DNA of 32,000 bases from Dickeya solani IPO 2222. GTDB lineage: Bacteria > Pseudomonadota > Gammaproteobacteria > Enterobacterales > Enterobacteriaceae. A model generated the notes under the pieces. The model did no database searches and had not been told where the DNA came from. It saw only the letters and a list, made by a program, of their open reading frames with translations. A program made the position numbers and the translations under genes. Positions 1 through 11,003 of this stretch are shown in pieces. Location: positions 240,001-272,000 of the forward strand of contig NZ_CP015137.1 in assembly GCF_001644705.1 (NCBI RefSeq). Direction: 5' to 3'. Position 1 is the first letter of the stretch. Each line of letters opens with the position of its first letter.

Positions 1-698
1 TCAACATTATTGACCACCGGCACGTCCGGCGCATTAAAGGCGATCGCTTCCAGCGCGTCCGCCAACTTACGGGCCGCCGGCTCCATCAGCGCGCAGTGAG
101 AAGGTACACTGACCGGCAACGGCAATGCGCGTTTCGCACCCGCAGCTTTGCAGGCTGCGCCCGCGCGCTCAACCGCGTCTTTGTTACCGGCAATAACCAC
201 CTGCCCTGGCGAGTTGAAGTTGACCGGCGAAACCACCTGACCTTGTGCCGCTTCGGCACAGGCAGCGGCAATCGCGTCATTACCCAAACCGATGATGGCA
301 TACATTGCGCCAGTCCCTTCCGGCACCGCTTCCTGCATCAGTTTGCCGCGCAGTTCAACCAGGCTAACCGCCTGCTTGAAATCCAGAACGCCAGCGCACA
401 CCAGTGCAGAGTATTCGCCCAGGCTATGACCGGACATCAGCGTCGGCAACGAGCCGCCCTGCTGCCGCCAGACGCGCCAGAGGGCCACAGACGCCGTTAA
501 CAACGCCGGCTGGGTCTGCCAGGTCTTGTTCAGTTCTTCCGCCGGCCCCTGCTGGGAAAGCTGCCACAGATCATAGCCCAGAACCGAGGAGGCTTCGTCA
601 AACGTTTCTTTGATCAGCGGGAATTTTTCAGCCAGTTCAGCCAGCATACCTACCGACTGGGAGCCCTGACCAGGAAATACCATTGCAAATTTCGTCAT
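1..698 (-). CDS. fabD: Malonyl-CoA:ACP transacylase FabD, N-terminal ~232 codons; the 3' end lies beyond the window
   Basis: The reverse complement of 698 downward reads ATG ACG AAA TTT GCA ATG GTA TTT CCT GGT CAG GGC TC (MTKFAMVFPGQGS), the FabD N-terminus. The frame stays open to position 1. It sits directly downstream of fabH as in the E. coli fab cluster. It is missing from the ORF track because it is truncated by the window edge. Confidence 0.95.
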   Translation of the reverse strand, partial: MTKFAMVFPGQGSQSVGMLAELAEKFPLIKETFDEASSVLGYDLWQLSQQGPAEELNKTWQTQPALLTASVALWRVWRQQGGSLPTLMSGHSLGEYSALVCAGVLDFKQAVSLVELRGKLMQEAVPEGTGAMYAIIGLGNDAIAAACAEAAQGQVVSPVNFNSPGQVVIAGNKDAVERAGAACKAAGAKRALPLPVSVPSHCALMEPAARKLADALEAIAFNAPDVPVVNNV

Positions 699-717
699 AG
701 TAATACGTCCTGATAAA

Positions 718-1668
718 TCAAAAACGAATCAGAGCAGAGCCCCAGGTAAAACCGCCGCCAAACGCTTCCAACAAAATCAACTGCCCGCGCTGAATACGGC
801 CATCGCGGACAGCCTCATCCAGTGCGGAAGGAACGGAAGCAGCAGACGTATTACCGTGACGATCCAGCGTCACCACCACTTTATCCATGCCCATGCCTAA
901 TTTTTTAGCGGTGGCGCTGATAATACGCAGGTTTGCCTGATGGGGGACCAGCCAGTCGAGTTCGCTTTTATTCAGGCCGGACGCATCCAACGTTTCTTCG
1001 ACAATATGGGCCAGTTCCGTTACAGCGACTTTAAATACTTCGTTGCCCGCCATCGTCAAATAAGCGGGCTGCGGTTCTTGTCGATCCGCATAAGGCAATG
1101 TCAGAAGATTGCCATAACGACCATCTGCGTGCAGATGCGTAGAAATAATTCCCGGCTCTTCCGAGCGGCCCAGCAGGACAGCGCCGGCGGCGTCGCCGAA
1201 CAGAATCAGAGTGCCGCGATCGGCCGGGTCGAGCGTTCTGGACAAGGCATCAGAACCGATGACCAGTGCGTAGTCCACCGCGCCGCTTTTCACATACTGA
1301 TCAGCCACGCTCAATGCATAGGCGAATCCTGCGCAGGCGGCGGCAAGATCAAAAGCGATCGTGTCTTTAATACCCAGCATCTGCTGGACCTGACAGGCCG
1401 AACTGGGGAATGCATGGCTGGACGACGTGGTCGCGACGATAAGCAAGCCGACCTGATTATTGTCGACTCCCGCCATGTCGAGCGCGTTCTGCGCGGCACG
1501 GTACCCCATGGAGGCAACGCTTTCATCTGGAGCAGCAATGCGGCGTTCGCGAATACCGGTACGTGTGGCGATCCATTCGTCTGACGTATCCACCATTTTT
1601 TCTAAATCAGCGTTCGTCCTGATTTGTTCGGGCAAATAGCTTCCCGTTCCGAGAATCTTTGTATACAT
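718..1668 (-). CDS. fabH: 3-oxoacyl-ACP synthase III (KAS III)
   Basis: 316-aa ORF starting [45 protein letters not shown], near-identical in pattern to E. coli FabH. It follows the plsX-fabH-fabD order. Confidence 0.97.
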   Translation of the reverse strand: MYTKILGTGSYLPEQIRTNADLEKMVDTSDEWIATRTGIRERRIAAPDESVASMGYRAAQNALDMAGVDNNQVGLLIVATTSSSHAFPSSACQVQQMLGIKDTIAFDLAAACAGFAYALSVADQYVKSGAVDYALVIGSDALSRTLDPADRGTLILFGDAAGAVLLGRSEEPGIISTHLHADGRYGNLLTLPYADRQEPQPAYLTMAGNEVFKVAVTELAHIVEETLDASGLNKSELDWLVPHQANLRIISATAKKLGMGMDKVVVTLDRHGNTSAASVPSALDEAVRDGRIQRGQLILLEAFGGGFTWGSALIRF

Positions 1669-1674
1669 GTACGC

Positions 1675-2721
1675 TCAGTCACTCTTGGGTAATACAGCCT
1701 TTAGTCGCGACGCAATCCTCTCTGGGAGTTGCCGCTGCACCGTCTGCATCGCCTGTTCGATTGCAACAGCAAACGCATTCTGGTTTGCTGCACCGTGGCT
1801 CTTTATGACAGTTCCACGTAATCCTAACAGACATGCGCCGTTATAGTGGTCAGGGTTCAGGTGTCCAAAACGCCTGGCCAGACGCCGTTGCAGCCAGCGC
1901 CCTAAAAATTTCAACCACCATGGCTGTGCTCGCCGACTTTCTCCCCTGCCGGACGAGCCCTTCAGGAGAGACAGAAACATTCGCACTACACCTTCCATGG
2001 TTTTCAATGTGACATTTCCCACAAAGCCGTCACAGACCATCACATCCGTTTTGCCGGTCAATAATTCGTTGCCTTCCAGATAACCGATATAGTTAATCGA
2101 AGGCATAGTTTTCAGTTGCGCTGCCGCACCCCGGATACTGGCGAGCCCTTTGCTCTCTTCTTCACCGATATTCAGCAACGCTACGCGCGGATTCTGCAAT
2201 CCGAGCACGTATTCCGCCATGACGGAGCCCATCACGGCAAACTGCACTAACATTGCGCTGTCGCAATCAACATTCGCGCCCAAATCCAGCACCACGCTCT
2301 TCCCGTGCTGCTGATGGGGCAGCATTGTCACCAATGCCGGACGATCAATGCCTTCAATGGGTTTGATCAATAATGTCGCCAGCCCCATCAATGCGCCAGT
2401 ATTGCCTGCGCTAACGCAGGCCTGTGCTCGCCCTTCCCTGATCAACTCCAAAGCGATACGCATAGATGTCCCCCTACTGGCCCGAATAGCCTGGGATGGA
2501 CGCGCATCGCCAGCTATTACCGATTCAGCCGGCACGATTTCCAAACGGGAAAATAAAGGGGAATCGACTTTAGCGAGTAATGGAGTAAGCGCAGAAGGGT
2601 CGCCAACCAACAGCAGATGGAGGTCTGGATTAGAAGCCAGTGCCTGCAATGCTGCAGGCACTGTAACGCAGGGACCGAAGTCCCCGCCCATTGCATCTAA
2701 CGCCAAGGTTAGGCGCGTCAA
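1675..2721 (-). CDS. plsX: Phosphate acyltransferase PlsX
   Basis: 348-aa ORF starting [17 protein letters not shown], the PlsX signature. It lies between rpmF and fabH. Confidence 0.97.
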   Translation of the reverse strand: MTRLTLALDAMGGDFGPCVTVPAALQALASNPDLHLLLVGDPSALTPLLAKVDSPLFSRLEIVPAESVIAGDARPSQAIRASRGTSMRIALELIREGRAQACVSAGNTGALMGLATLLIKPIEGIDRPALVTMLPHQQHGKSVVLDLGANVDCDSAMLVQFAVMGSVMAEYVLGLQNPRVALLNIGEEESKGLASIRGAAAQLKTMPSINYIGYLEGNELLTGKTDVMVCDGFVGNVTLKTMEGVVRMFLSLLKGSSGRGESRRAQPWWLKFLGRWLQRRLARRFGHLNPDHYNGACLLGLRGTVIKSHGAANQNAFAVAIEQAMQTVQRQLPERIASRLKAVLPKSD

Positions 2722-2747
2722 AGTGTTTCCTTGCTAAATCGCAGGAA

Positions 2748-2918
2748 TTACTTCGCAACAACCTTGCGACCGCGGTAGTAACCATCCGCAGTGACGTGGT
2801 GACGCAGATGTGTTTCGCCGGAAACTTTATCTACGGATACAGCGGAAGTGGTCAGCGCATCGTGAGCACGACGCATACCACGTTTGGAACGGCTAGGTTT
2901 ATTCTGTTGTACGGCCAT
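2748..2918 (-). CDS. rpmF: 50S ribosomal protein L32
   Basis: Hand translation of the reverse strand gives [56 protein letters not shown] (56 aa), matching L32. It falls below the 60-aa cutoff of the ORF track. It sits between yceD and plsX as in E. coli. Confidence 0.95.
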   Translation of the reverse strand: MAVQQNKPSRSKRGMRRAHDALTTSAVSVDKVSGETHLRHHVTADGYYRGRKVVAK

Positions 2919-2934
2919 GGACCTTACTCCTTAA

Positions 2935-3456
2935 TTACTTACGCTTTAAACTGGCTAATACGGCAAATGGATTCGGTTTTTCCGCTTCAGCGGGCAACTG
3001 ACCAAACACCATATCCGTTTCGGACACTTCACAGTGTTCAGAATCATGCACCGGCGCAATGGGCAAAGAGAGGATAAGCTCATCTTCAACCATCGCCAGC
3101 AAATCAACCTCACCGAACTCATTGACTTCGATAGGTTCATACGCTTCCGGCAAGGCTTCGGCCTGTTCATCACTGATGACCGGGCTAAAACAGAACGTGG
3201 CGTGGACCTGATGTTCGAAAGTCTTGCCGCAGCGCTGACACAGCAACGTCACCGTTACATCAGCCTGTCCATCAATCACCGCCAGCCGTTGGCTGTCAAT
3301 GTTGAACGACAGCGTCGCATTCACATCACTGTCCACACTAACCACTGATTCGGCAACACGCATCGCCTGTTCAGCCGTATAGACACCAACATAATCTAAA
3401 CGCTTTTGAGCAGTGCGAACCGCATCAAGGGTTAAGGGTAATTTTACCTTTTGCAT
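2935..3456 (-). CDS. yceD: DUF177 large-subunit ribosome accumulation protein YceD
   Basis: 173-aa ORF with the acidic, Cys-containing YceD pattern ([10 protein letters not shown] ... HDSEHCEV). It is the first gene of the yceD-rpmF operon. Confidence 0.93.
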   Translation of the reverse strand: MQKVKLPLTLDAVRTAQKRLDYVGVYTAEQAMRVAESVVSVDSDVNATLSFNIDSQRLAVIDGQADVTVTLLCQRCGKTFEHQVHATFCFSPVISDEQAEALPEAYEPIEVNEFGEVDLLAMVEDELILSLPIAPVHDSEHCEVSETDMVFGQLPAEAEKPNPFAVLASLKRK

Positions 3457-3616
3457 AGGGCGCGCATATTAACGTCGTAACGACGGAGAGTCAAAGAAAA
3501 AGGTGGCGATGTCAGTGCTTTCACCCAAATTGGCTTTCGCACACCCAAATTCGCTTCCAAAGCGGCAGACAGTTTAAAATGCATTCTCTGATTACGCTAT
3601 GACCTGGTTTGCATTT

Positions 3617-4201
3617 ATGTCCCAAATTGTCCTTGCTTCCACCTCACTCTACCGCAAAGCCTTGCTTGAAAAACTGGGGCTACCGTTTGTGTGTGCGGCG
3701 CCCGATATCGATGAAACACCTGACGATGGCGAAAGCGCCAGCGAGCTGGTCAGCCGACTGGCGATCGGTAAAGCGCGCTCGCTGGCCGGGCAATATCCCG
3801 ACAGCCTTATCATCGGCAGCGATCAGGTCTGTGTGCTGGAAGGCGCCATTACCGGCAAACCCCACACCCGGGAAAACGCCATACGCCAACTGCAGCAGGC
3901 CAGCGGGCGGCGCATCACTTTCTATACCGGACTGGCATTGTTCAACAGTACAACCGCGCGTCTGCAATGCGTGGTAGAGCCGTTCGATGTGTATTTTCGG
4001 ACGCTCAGCACGCGCGAAATCGAACGCTATGTTGATTGTGAACATCCTTTTGACTGCGCCGGCAGCTTTAAAAGCGAAGGGCTTGGCATCACGTTGTTTG
4101 ACCGGTTATCCGGTCGGGATCCCAATACCCTGGTCGGTTTACCACTGATTACGCTGCTGGAATTATTGCGAGAGGAAGGCGTGAATCCGTTATTGACGTG
4201 A
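3617..4201 (+). CDS. yceF: Maf-like nucleoside triphosphate pyrophosphatase (7-methyl-GTP pyrophosphatase YceF)
   Basis: [35 protein letters not shown] aligns with the E. coli YceF N-terminus ([20 protein letters not shown]...). I therefore prefer the ATG at 3617 to the ORF-track start at 3599. Confidence 0.9.
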   Translation: MSQIVLASTSLYRKALLEKLGLPFVCAAPDIDETPDDGESASELVSRLAIGKARSLAGQYPDSLIIGSDQVCVLEGAITGKPHTRENAIRQLQQASGRRITFYTGLALFNSTTARLQCVVEPFDVYFRTLSTREIERYVDCEHPFDCAGSFKSEGLGITLFDRLSGRDPNTLVGLPLITLLELLREEGVNPLLT

Positions 4202-4256
4202 AGATAGCGATGTGTGGACCCTGTCCCTGCGGGTAGCCAGGGACGCGGGCACAAGC

Positions 4257-5213
4257 TTATTTCTGGCGCTGCCGCAAAACCTGCAGGCAATGACGCAAGG
4301 CGGCATCAAGCGGCGCTTCAATACGCAATGTCTCACCGGTATGCGGATGCTCAAAACGCAGCGCCTGCGCATGCAGGAACAGGCGCTTGAGCCCGGTATT
4401 CGCCAGTTGCGCATCGAACTCACGATCGCCGTAACGATTATCGAACGCTATCGGGTGCCCGGCATATTGAGTGTGAACGCGAATCTGGTGGGTTCGCCCG
4501 GTAATCGGGCTGGCGCGCACCAGCGTGGCACAATCGAACCGCTCTTCTACCTTGAACAGCGTTTCAGACGGTTTTCCTTCACTATTAACCCGGACGATGC
4601 GCTCGCCGCTTTGCAGCACATTTTTCAACAACGGCGCTTGCACCGCCTTACAGTGCGACTGCCACTGGCCGCGAACCAGCGCCAGATAATCCTTTTGCAT
4701 CCCCTTGCCGCGCAGTTGCTCGTGCAACGAACGCAGCGCCGAACGCTTTTTAGCCACCAGTAGCACCCCGGAAGTGTCACGGTCCAGACGATGAACCAGC
4801 TCCAGGAAGCGCGCTTCGGGGCGCAACGCTCTGAGTGCTTCAATCACGCCGAAGCTAAGCCCGCTGCCGCCGTGCACCGCCGTGCCCGACGGTTTATTCA
4901 GGAGCAACAGATAATCATCTTCATAAAGGATACAATCAGCTAGCGCCGAGACTTTATCCAGGCTGGCAGAAACCGCCGGTTCTTCACGCTCCGACTGACG
5001 CACCGGCGGAATACGCACTTCATCGCCATCCAGCAACTTGTACTCCGGCTTGATGCGCTTTTTATTTACCCGCACCTCGCCTTTGCGCAGGATGCGATAA
5101 ATCATGCTTTTCGGCACGCCTTTAAGCCGGGTGCGCAAAAAGTTGTCGATTCGCTGGCCGGCTTCCTCGGCGGAAACCGTCAAAAACTGTACGGTTGGGT
5201 TCTCTGTTTTCAT
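4257..5213 (-). CDS. rluC: 23S rRNA pseudouridine(955/2504/2580) synthase RluC
   Basis: Contains the S4 domain and the RluA-family catalytic motif ([16 protein letters not shown]). The N-terminus [10 protein letters not shown] aligns with E. coli RluC MKTETPSVK, so the start is placed at 5213 rather than the GTG-extended 5237. Confidence 0.93.
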   Translation of the reverse strand: MKTENPTVQFLTVSAEEAGQRIDNFLRTRLKGVPKSMIYRILRKGEVRVNKKRIKPEYKLLDGDEVRIPPVRQSEREEPAVSASLDKVSALADCILYEDDYLLLLNKPSGTAVHGGSGLSFGVIEALRALRPEARFLELVHRLDRDTSGVLLVAKKRSALRSLHEQLRGKGMQKDYLALVRGQWQSHCKAVQAPLLKNVLQSGERIVRVNSEGKPSETLFKVEERFDCATLVRASPITGRTHQIRVHTQYAGHPIAFDNRYGDREFDAQLANTGLKRLFLHAQALRFEHPHTGETLRIEAPLDAALRHCLQVLRQRQK

Positions 5214-5427
5214 GGAAGCGGATTCTAAATAGCACACACCGATAGCGCCACATCTTTTTCTATGCTTAACTGTCAGTCTGGCTTATGGAGATATTGTTAC
5301 TGTCCGCATCCAGACTGATTTCAGCATCAACCGACTTCAGTTTGGTTAAAAACAGCACAACAAACTTTATATTGACAGGCAAAGTCACCTTGCTATCGAC
5401 GTATCAGCAATGGAATAATACTTTGGC

Positions 5428-5791
5428 TTTCCGTGCTGATTCCCGGTAAAACAGGGTAAATTGCGGAATTATTATCTTTGCCGGATTACTCATAAACGCA
5501 GCAATGGCGTAAGACGTATTGAATAATCAGGCAGTTAGCGAGCTGTGGTTTGCAGCTTGGCCGGCACAATGGAATCAGATCTGGCAACCTATTTTCAGAA
5601 GCTGTTCCCGCAGTAAATGCGCTGTATTCCATCAGGAAATACAGGCTACCGAAACATGCGCCTCTATGCAGGCGACAACCGTGAGGTTGACGCCCCTGCG
5701 ATAAGACACGAGGCCATCGGTCCCCTCCGGTCATGCCTCCATCATCCGCAGCTCTATCAATAATGCAAGTAAAAATAATGAGTTAAGCACG
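5428..5791 (+). promoter_or_regulatory. rne 5' UTR autoregulatory leader (rne5-type element), about 360 nt
   Basis: Long non-coding leader ahead of rne. It contains blocks I recall from the E. coli rne leader (ACGCAGCAATGGCGTAAGACGTATTGA, AACCGTGAGGTTG, AGACACGAGGCCATCGGT). A candidate promoter (TTGCTA 5390-5395, then N17-18, then an AATAAT-like -10 at about 5414-5419) would place the 5' end near 5428. The exact 5' end is inferred. Confidence 0.7.
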
Positions 5792-8700
5792 ATGAAAAGA
5801 ATGTTGATTAACGCAACTCAGCAGGAAGAGTTGCGTGTTGCCTTGGTTGATGGTCAGCGGCTTTACGATCTGGACATTGAAAGCCCCGGTCATGAACAGA
5901 AAAAGGCAAACATTTACAAAGGCAAAATCACCCGCATAGAACCCAGCCTTGAAGCCGCTTTTGTTGACTATGGCGCAGAGCGACATGGCTTCCTTCCTCT
6001 CAAAGAAATCGCCCGCGAATACTTCCCCGGCAACTACAACGCGCATGGTCGTCCGAACATCAAAGATGTGCTTCGTGAAGGCCAGGAAGTCATCGTTCAG
6101 GTAGACAAAGAGGAGCGCGGTAACAAAGGCGCCGCGTTGACCACGTTCATCAGTCTGGCAGGCAGCTATCTGGTGCTGATGCCGAACAACCCGCGGGCTG
6201 GCGGTATTTCCCGCCGTATCGAGGGGGATGACCGTACCGAATTAAAAGAAGCGCTGGGCTCGCTGGAACTGCCGGACGGTATGGGATTGATCGTCCGTAC
6301 CGCCGGTGTGGGCAAATCCGCCGACGCGCTGCAGTGGGATCTGGCGTTTCGCCTGAAACACTGGGAAGCGATCAAGAAAGCGGCGGAAGGTCGTTCGGCG
6401 CCGTTCCTGATCCATCAGGAAAGCAACGTTATCGTCCGCGCGTTCCGCGACTATTTACGTCCGGACATCGGCGAAATCCTGATCGACAACCCGAAAATTC
6501 TGGAACTGGCCAAAGAGCATATCGCTGCGCTGGGGCGCCCGGACTTCAGCAGCAAAATCAAGCTGTATACCGGTGAGATCCCGCTGTTCAGCCACTATCA
6601 GATCGAATCGCAGATCGAATCCGCTTTCCAGCGCGAAGTGCGCCTGCCTTCCGGCGGTTCGATTGTTATCGACACCACCGAAGCGCTGACCGCCATTGAT
6701 ATCAACTCCGCCCGTGCAACCCGCGGCGGCGACATTGAAGAAACGGCCTTCAACACCAACCTGGAAGCGGCGGATGAAATTGCCCGTCAGTTGCGCTTGC
6801 GCGACCTGGGCGGTTTGATCGTCATCGACTTCATCGACATGACCCCGGTCCGCCATCAGCGTGAGGTGGAAAACCGCCTGCGCGACGCGGTGCGTCAGGA
6901 CCGCGCCCGCATCCAGATCGGCCGCATTTCCCGCTTTGGTCTGCTGGAAATGTCCCGCCAGCGTCTGAGTCCGTCACTGGGCGAATCCAGTCACCATGTC
7001 TGCCCGCGCTGTAGCGGCACCGGCACCATCCGTGACAATGAATCGTTGTCGTTGTCGATCCTGCGTCTGATTGAAGAAGAGGCGCTGAAAGAGAACACTA
7101 AAGAAGTCCACGCTATCGTGCCTGTTCCCATTGCGTCTTATCTGCTTAACGAGAAACGTGACGCGGTCAACGCGATTGAGAAACGTCAGGAGGGTGTTCG
7201 CGCCATTATCGTACCGCATGACGGTATGGAAACCCCGCACTACTCCGTACTGCGTGTCCGTAAAGGCGAGGAAAAACAGGCCCTGAGCTATATGTTGCCT
7301 CAGTTGCTGGATGCCGAGTCGCAGCCTTCGACGGAGGAGCAGGTGTCCGAACGTCGGGTACCGGAACAACCGGCTCTGGCGTCCTTCACCATGTCGGATA
7401 TCTCGCCCGCTGAAACCAAGCCAGCCGAGGCGGTTATTGCACCGAAGGCAGAAAAACAACCGACCTCTTCCGAACGTGGTCTGTTCGGTCGCCTTATCGG
7501 TGCGCTGAAAGGCATTTTTGCCACGCCGGCCGACGCCGGAGACAAGCCGGCTGAAACTATCGAAGCGGCATCCGATGAGCAGGAACAAAAGCAGGAACGC
7601 CGAAACAACCGCCGTCAATCCGGTCGTCGCGAACGCACCCGCGACAACCGCGAACCACGCGAACCACGCGAACCACGCGAACCACGCGAACCACGCGAGC
7701 GTGACGAACAGCGCCGTAATAAGCGCACGCAGCCGCAGAACGCCGACATCGAAATCGCGCCGGTAGCGGAAGTTTCTGAACAAGACAAAGCCGAGCGTGA
7801 TGAACAACGCCGTGAGCAGCGAGCCGAGCGCCAACGCCGTCGTCAGGAAGAAAAACGCCAGGCGCAGAGCGAAGTCAAAGAGCTGAATACCGTGGCTACC
7901 GACACGGAAGACGCTGTCGCCGAGCAGGAAAAGCCAGCACAGGTGATGCAGCGCCGTCAACGTCGTCAACTGGCCCAGAAAGTGCGGGTTCAGGACAGCG
8001 ATGCTGCTGGAGAGAATACCGAAGCGCTGCTTCCCGCCGCACCGTACGTTGAGGAATCGTCCGTGGTGGAAATGCCTGAGCCTGCCGCATTGGCTGCTGA
8101 GGGAGCCGATACGGAAAATGACGCGACTGAAAGCAACCGCGAAAATGGCCTGCCGCGTCGCTCTCGCCGCTCGCCGCGTCATCTGCGAGTCAGCGGTCAG
8201 CGTCGTCGTCGTTACCGCGATGAACGTTACCCGACGCAGTCGCCGATGCCGATGGCACAGGCTTCAGCCTCACCGGAAATGGCCTCAGGCAAAGTCTGGA
8301 TTCGTTATCCGGTTGCCCAGCCGCAACAACCAGAACTGGTGGAAGAGCAGGTATCCGAGTCCATTGATACCCCGCTTTCCACCGTACCGGAACTGGCGGC
8401 AGTAGCGGTTGCTACGCTCCCTGAAGCGGTAGACGTTCTGGATATCGCTCCGGCAAGCGCCCCAGTGACGGAAACGCCAGCGCCGGTATCCATCCCGACG
8501 CAGCAAGAAACCGTGCTGGCCGAAGCGACCCAGGATCTCGACGCCAACGCGCAGGAAGAAGTTCCTCAGCCTGAAGAGATACAGCAGCCGGCACTTCAAC
8601 TCGCGGAAACGGCGGCTCTTATCGAAGAAACGGTCGAAGAAGCGCCCACTGCGGTTGTTGTTGCTGATAGCGGCGTGACGACTAACAGTGAACCAGCCGA

Positions 8701-8998
8701 AACACAGGCAATTGAACAACCGCAGGTTATTCACGAGCCGGTACAGGTTGAGAATACGCCAGCTACTCAGGAATCGGTCGCCGCACCAGCGCCAGCCGAG
8801 ACCACGACCGTGGTGCCGCCCAGCCAGCACTATGCCGCCGCGCCGATGACTCGCGCACCAGCGCCGGCATATGTTCCGGAGGCCCCGCGCGCCAGCGACT
8901 GGCAACGCCCGGCATTCGCGTTTACCGGTAAAGGTTCTGCCGGTGGTCATGCTGCCGAGAATCAGGCCAGCGCGCCAGCGACACGGCCGGTGAAATAA
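5792..8998 (+). CDS. rne: Ribonuclease E
   Basis: 1068-aa ORF. The N-terminal catalytic half starts [30 protein letters not shown] and carries the Zn-link CPRCSGTG. A membrane-targeting amphipathic helix [14 protein letters not shown] lies at 7478-7519. The scaffold is Arg-rich and low-complexity. The C-terminal end ([18 protein letters not shown]) resembles the E. coli PNPase-binding end. Confidence 0.98.
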   Translation: MKRMLINATQQEELRVALVDGQRLYDLDIESPGHEQKKANIYKGKITRIEPSLEAAFVDYGAERHGFLPLKEIAREYFPGNYNAHGRPNIKDVLREGQEVIVQVDKEERGNKGAALTTFISLAGSYLVLMPNNPRAGGISRRIEGDDRTELKEALGSLELPDGMGLIVRTAGVGKSADALQWDLAFRLKHWEAIKKAAEGRSAPFLIHQESNVIVRAFRDYLRPDIGEILIDNPKILELAKEHIAALGRPDFSSKIKLYTGEIPLFSHYQIESQIESAFQREVRLPSGGSIVIDTTEALTAIDINSARATRGGDIEETAFNTNLEAADEIARQLRLRDLGGLIVIDFIDMTPVRHQREVENRLRDAVRQDRARIQIGRISRFGLLEMSRQRLSPSLGESSHHVCPRCSGTGTIRDNESLSLSILRLIEEEALKENTKEVHAIVPVPIASYLLNEKRDAVNAIEKRQEGVRAIIVPHDGMETPHYSVLRVRKGEEKQALSYMLPQLLDAESQPSTEEQVSERRVPEQPALASFTMSDISPAETKPAEAVIAPKAEKQPTSSERGLFGRLIGALKGIFATPADAGDKPAETIEAASDEQEQKQERRNNRRQSGRRERTRDNREPREPREPREPREPRERDEQRRNKRTQPQNADIEIAPVAEVSEQDKAERDEQRREQRAERQRRRQEEKRQAQSEVKELNTVATDTEDAVAEQEKPAQVMQRRQRRQLAQKVRVQDSDAAGENTEALLPAAPYVEESSVVEMPEPAALAAEGADTENDATESNRENGLPRRSRRSPRHLRVSGQRRRRYRDERYPTQSPMPMAQASASPEMASGKVWIRYPVAQPQQPELVEEQVSESIDTPLSTVPELAAVAVATLPEAVDVLDIAPASAPVTETPAPVSIPTQQETVLAEATQDLDANAQEEVPQPEEIQQPALQLAETAALIEETVEEAPTAVVVADSGVTTNSEPAETQAIEQPQVIHEPVQVENTPATQESVAAPAPAETTTVVPPSQHYAAAPMTRAPAPAYVPEAPRASDWQRPAFAFTGKGSAGGHAAENQASAPATRPVK
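7649..7693 (+). repeat. Perfect in-frame tandem repeat, 9 bp x 5 (cgcgaacca), encoding (REP)5 within rne
   Basis: Direct reading shows five contiguous identical cgcgaacca units. The translation is [22 protein letters not shown]. Confidence 0.95.
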
Positions 8999-9001
8999 TA
9001 T

Positions 9002-9030
9002 AAAAAAAGCACCTCGCTTCGGCGGGTGCT
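9002..9030 (-). terminator. Rho-independent terminator for the minus-strand ABM gene
   Basis: The hairpin agcacc-tcgcttcggcg-ggtgct (9008-9030) is preceded on the plus strand by A7. On the minus strand the stem is therefore followed by a T7 run. Confidence 0.6.
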
Positions 9031-9042
9031 TATCCCAATTTA

Positions 9043-9071
9043 ATGCCCGTCCATGACGGGCATTATTTTTT
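9043..9071 (+). terminator. Rho-independent terminator of rne
   Basis: Hairpin aatgcccgtc-cat-gacgggcatt (9043-9064) followed by a tatttttt run. It lies 45 nt after the rne stop codon. Confidence 0.75.
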
Positions 9072-9361
9072 CAGGCAATCGTCTGCAGCAACTTGATATC
9101 CAAGCCATCGATCTTGCCTTCCAGTTGAGCGACAAACGCGCGAAAATGTGCGGTCTGCTCGTGCTCGTTGATAGCCTCCTGGCTTTTCCAGCGTTCAAAG
9201 AACACGAACGAACCAGCTTTGTTCAACTCTTCATGTAACTCATACTGCAGATTGCCGGCTTCCTGACGACTCGGCGCAACGACCAGCCGGACAGCAACCG
9301 CGACATCGTTAATGAATTCCGGCTTAGCCTGAACGCTGGCGACGATACGAATTTCCATCAT
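9071..9361 (-). CDS. ABM-fold (antibiotic biosynthesis monooxygenase / YgiN-like quinol monooxygenase) domain protein
   Basis: About 96 aa: MMEIRIVASVQAKPEFINDV...GNLQYELHEELNKAGSFVFFERWKSQEAINEHEQTAHFRAF. This is the typical ABM ferredoxin-like pattern (Y-L-x-D/E...F-x-E-x-W-x-S-x-x-A-x-x-H). A GGAG lies 4-7 nt upstream of the tandem ATGs at 9361 and 9358. The 113-aa ORF-track version is probably over-extended. Confidence 0.75.
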   Translation of the reverse strand: MMEIRIVASVQAKPEFINDVAVAVRLVVAPSRQEAGNLQYELHEELNKAGSFVFFERWKSQEAINEHEQTAHFRAFVAQLEGKIDGLDIKLLQTIA

Positions 9362-9538
9362 AATACTCCATGAATATAACAACTGATTGAATATCCAACC
9401 ATAAAACGCCAACTGCAGGCTAATTTCAACCTTTTCACTACAAACGGATGCATTCGCTACACTTTCCGCTTATGCTTATTCCCCGCCACATCACTCCCTG
9501 TTTCAGGGACGTTATTTACCGACCGCCGGAGTTTTTTC

Positions 9539-10582
9539 ATGACCCCCTTGCCGACTGTTCTGAAGATTCGTCGTCCTGACGACTGGCACCTTCATCTGCG
9601 TGACGATCAGATGCTCAAAGCTGTATTGCCCTATACCAGCCGACTGTTCGCCAGAGCGATCGTGATGCCTAATCTGACGCCGCCTATTACCACCGTGGCC
9701 CAGGCTGAAGCATATCGGCAGCGGATTTTGTCCGCCGTTCCAGCCGGCGAGACCTTCCAGCCGTTGATGACCTGTTACCTGACGGAGTCACTGGACAAAA
9801 ACGAAATCATCTCGGGCTACCAGCAAGGCGTGTTTACCGCCGCTAAGCTTTATCCGGCGCATGCCACCACCAATTCCAGCCACGGCGTATCGGATATCAA
9901 AACCATTTACCCGGTGTTGGAAGCGATGCAAAAACTGGGCATGCCGTTACTGGTTCACGGCGAAGTCACCGATCCGGAAGTCGACATTTTCGATCGCGAG
10001 GCTCGTTTCATCGAACGCATTATGGAGCCGCTGCGCCAACAGTTCCCAGAGTTGAAAGTGGTGTTTGAGCACATTACCACTCGTGAAGCCGCCCAGTATG
10101 TAGAGTCTGCCGATCGTTTTGTCGCGGCCACCATCACTCCGCAGCACCTGATGTTCAATCGCAATCACATGCTGGTGGGCGGCATCCGCCCGCACCTGTA
10201 CTGCCTGCCGATCCTCAAGCGCAACACGCACCAGCAGGCTTTGCGCGAAGCGGTCGCCAGCGGCAGCGAGAAATTTTTCCTCGGCACCGACTCCGCCCCG
10301 CATGCCAGGCACCGTAAAGAATCATCTTGCGGTTGTGCCGGCGTCTTCAACGCACAGGCCTCATTGAGCGCCTACGCTACCGTATTTGAGGAATTAAGCG
10401 CTCTGGATAAACTGGAAGCGTTCTGCTCCCTGAATGGCCCGCGCTTTTACGGGTTGCCGGTTAACGAAGGCACGCTTGAATTACGCCGTCAGCCGGTACA
10501 GTTTCCGGAAGAAATTGTCGCAGACGAAGAAACCATCATTCCGTTTCTTGCCGGCCAAAGCCTGAACTGGTCTGTCGCCTGA
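9539..10582 (+). CDS. pyrC: Dihydroorotase
   Basis: 347-aa ORF beginning ...[15 protein letters not shown] (metal-binding HxH) with the class II dihydroorotase pattern throughout. A GGAG lies upstream of the ATG. Confidence 0.96.
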   Translation: MTPLPTVLKIRRPDDWHLHLRDDQMLKAVLPYTSRLFARAIVMPNLTPPITTVAQAEAYRQRILSAVPAGETFQPLMTCYLTESLDKNEIISGYQQGVFTAAKLYPAHATTNSSHGVSDIKTIYPVLEAMQKLGMPLLVHGEVTDPEVDIFDREARFIERIMEPLRQQFPELKVVFEHITTREAAQYVESADRFVAATITPQHLMFNRNHMLVGGIRPHLYCLPILKRNTHQQALREAVASGSEKFFLGTDSAPHARHRKESSCGCAGVFNAQASLSAYATVFEELSALDKLEAFCSLNGPRFYGLPVNEGTLELRRQPVQFPEEIVADEETIIPFLAGQSLNWSVA

Positions 10583-10661
10583 TAACGCCCCACTCCCTGC
10601 CAGCCAGGGAGTTACTTCGTATCGTACGCATTTTTTATTCATGTTGTTGCCCTTCCTGAAA

Positions 10662-10681
10662 TACTGTATAAAAATACAGTT
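10662..10681. promoter_or_regulatory. LexA (SOS) box upstream of dinI
   Basis: tactgtataaaaatacagtt contains a perfect CTGT-N8-ACAG core with an AT-rich centre. It lies 17 nt upstream of the dinI start codon. Confidence 0.9.
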
Positions 10682-10697
10682 ACATAAGGAGGCAACC

Positions 10698-10940
10698 ATG
10701 CGTATTGAACTTACCATAGCAAAAACGACCCTGCTGCCCGCTGGCGCGCTTGAAGCGCTGACCGATGAACTGAGTCACCGGGTTCATGACATTTACCCGG
10801 ACACCCCTGTCCATGTCCGCTACGCTGCCGCCAATAATCTGAGCGTCTTTGGCGGCAACAAGGACGATAAAGAAAGAATATCGGAAATCCTGCAGGAGAC
10901 ATGGGAAAGCGCCGACGACTGGTTTATTCAAAACGAGTAG
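10698..10940 (+). CDS. dinI: DNA damage-inducible protein DinI
   Basis: MRIELTIAKTTLLPAGALEALTDELSHRV...RYAAANNLSVFGG...RISEILQETWESADDWF closely matches E. coli DinI (about 81 aa). AAGGAGG lies 6 nt upstream of the ATG at 10698. The ORF-track start at 10641 is an over-extension that overlaps the LexA box. Confidence 0.93.
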   Translation: MRIELTIAKTTLLPAGALEALTDELSHRVHDIYPDTPVHVRYAAANNLSVFGGNKDDKERISEILQETWESADDWFIQNE

Positions 10941-10969
10941 TCCTTTTCCATCCGCACAGGTTACCCAAT

Positions 10970-11003
10970 GGCCAGTCCTCTTGTCTGGCCTCTTCATTTT
11001 TTT
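10970..11003 (+). terminator. Probable rho-independent terminator of dinI
   Basis: Stem ggccag (10970-10975) pairs with ctggcc (10985-10990) across a 9-nt loop. It is followed by tcttcattttttt. Confidence 0.6.

Noticed and set aside
96-613. 134-aa and 69-aa plus-strand ORFs at the window start
   Set aside because: They are antisense to the truncated fabD gene, which reads cleanly on the minus strand.
3457-3616. Possible SraB-like sRNA in the yceD-yceF divergent spacer
   Set aside because: E. coli has an sRNA (SraB) annotated in this spacer. I cannot recall its sequence well enough to align it, and I see no clear terminator. The region may simply be the yceD-rpmF leader and promoter.
5486-5734. 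82-aa minus-strand ORF and 61-aa plus-strand ORF in the rluC-rne spacer
   Set aside because: They lie inside the conserved structured rne 5' UTR. This is comparable to the dubious yceQ annotation in E. coli. They have no SD sequence, and the sequence conservation is explained by RNA structure.
6974-8182. 402-aa ORF, together with 8285..8950 (221 aa) and several shorter ones, antisense to the rne C-terminal half
   Set aside because: It lies entirely inside the well-supported rne frame. Its low-complexity Arg/Phe/Leu-rich translation mirrors the repetitive Glu/Arg/Pro-rich sense sequence. It has no SD sequence and no recognisable family. These are shadow ORFs.
9438-9453. PurR box candidate upstream of pyrC (ctacaaacggatgcat)
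   Set aside because: It matches only about 10 of 16 positions of the ACGCAAACGTTTGCGT consensus. The left half (CAAACG) is good and the right half is poor. The match is too weak to call without PWM scoring.
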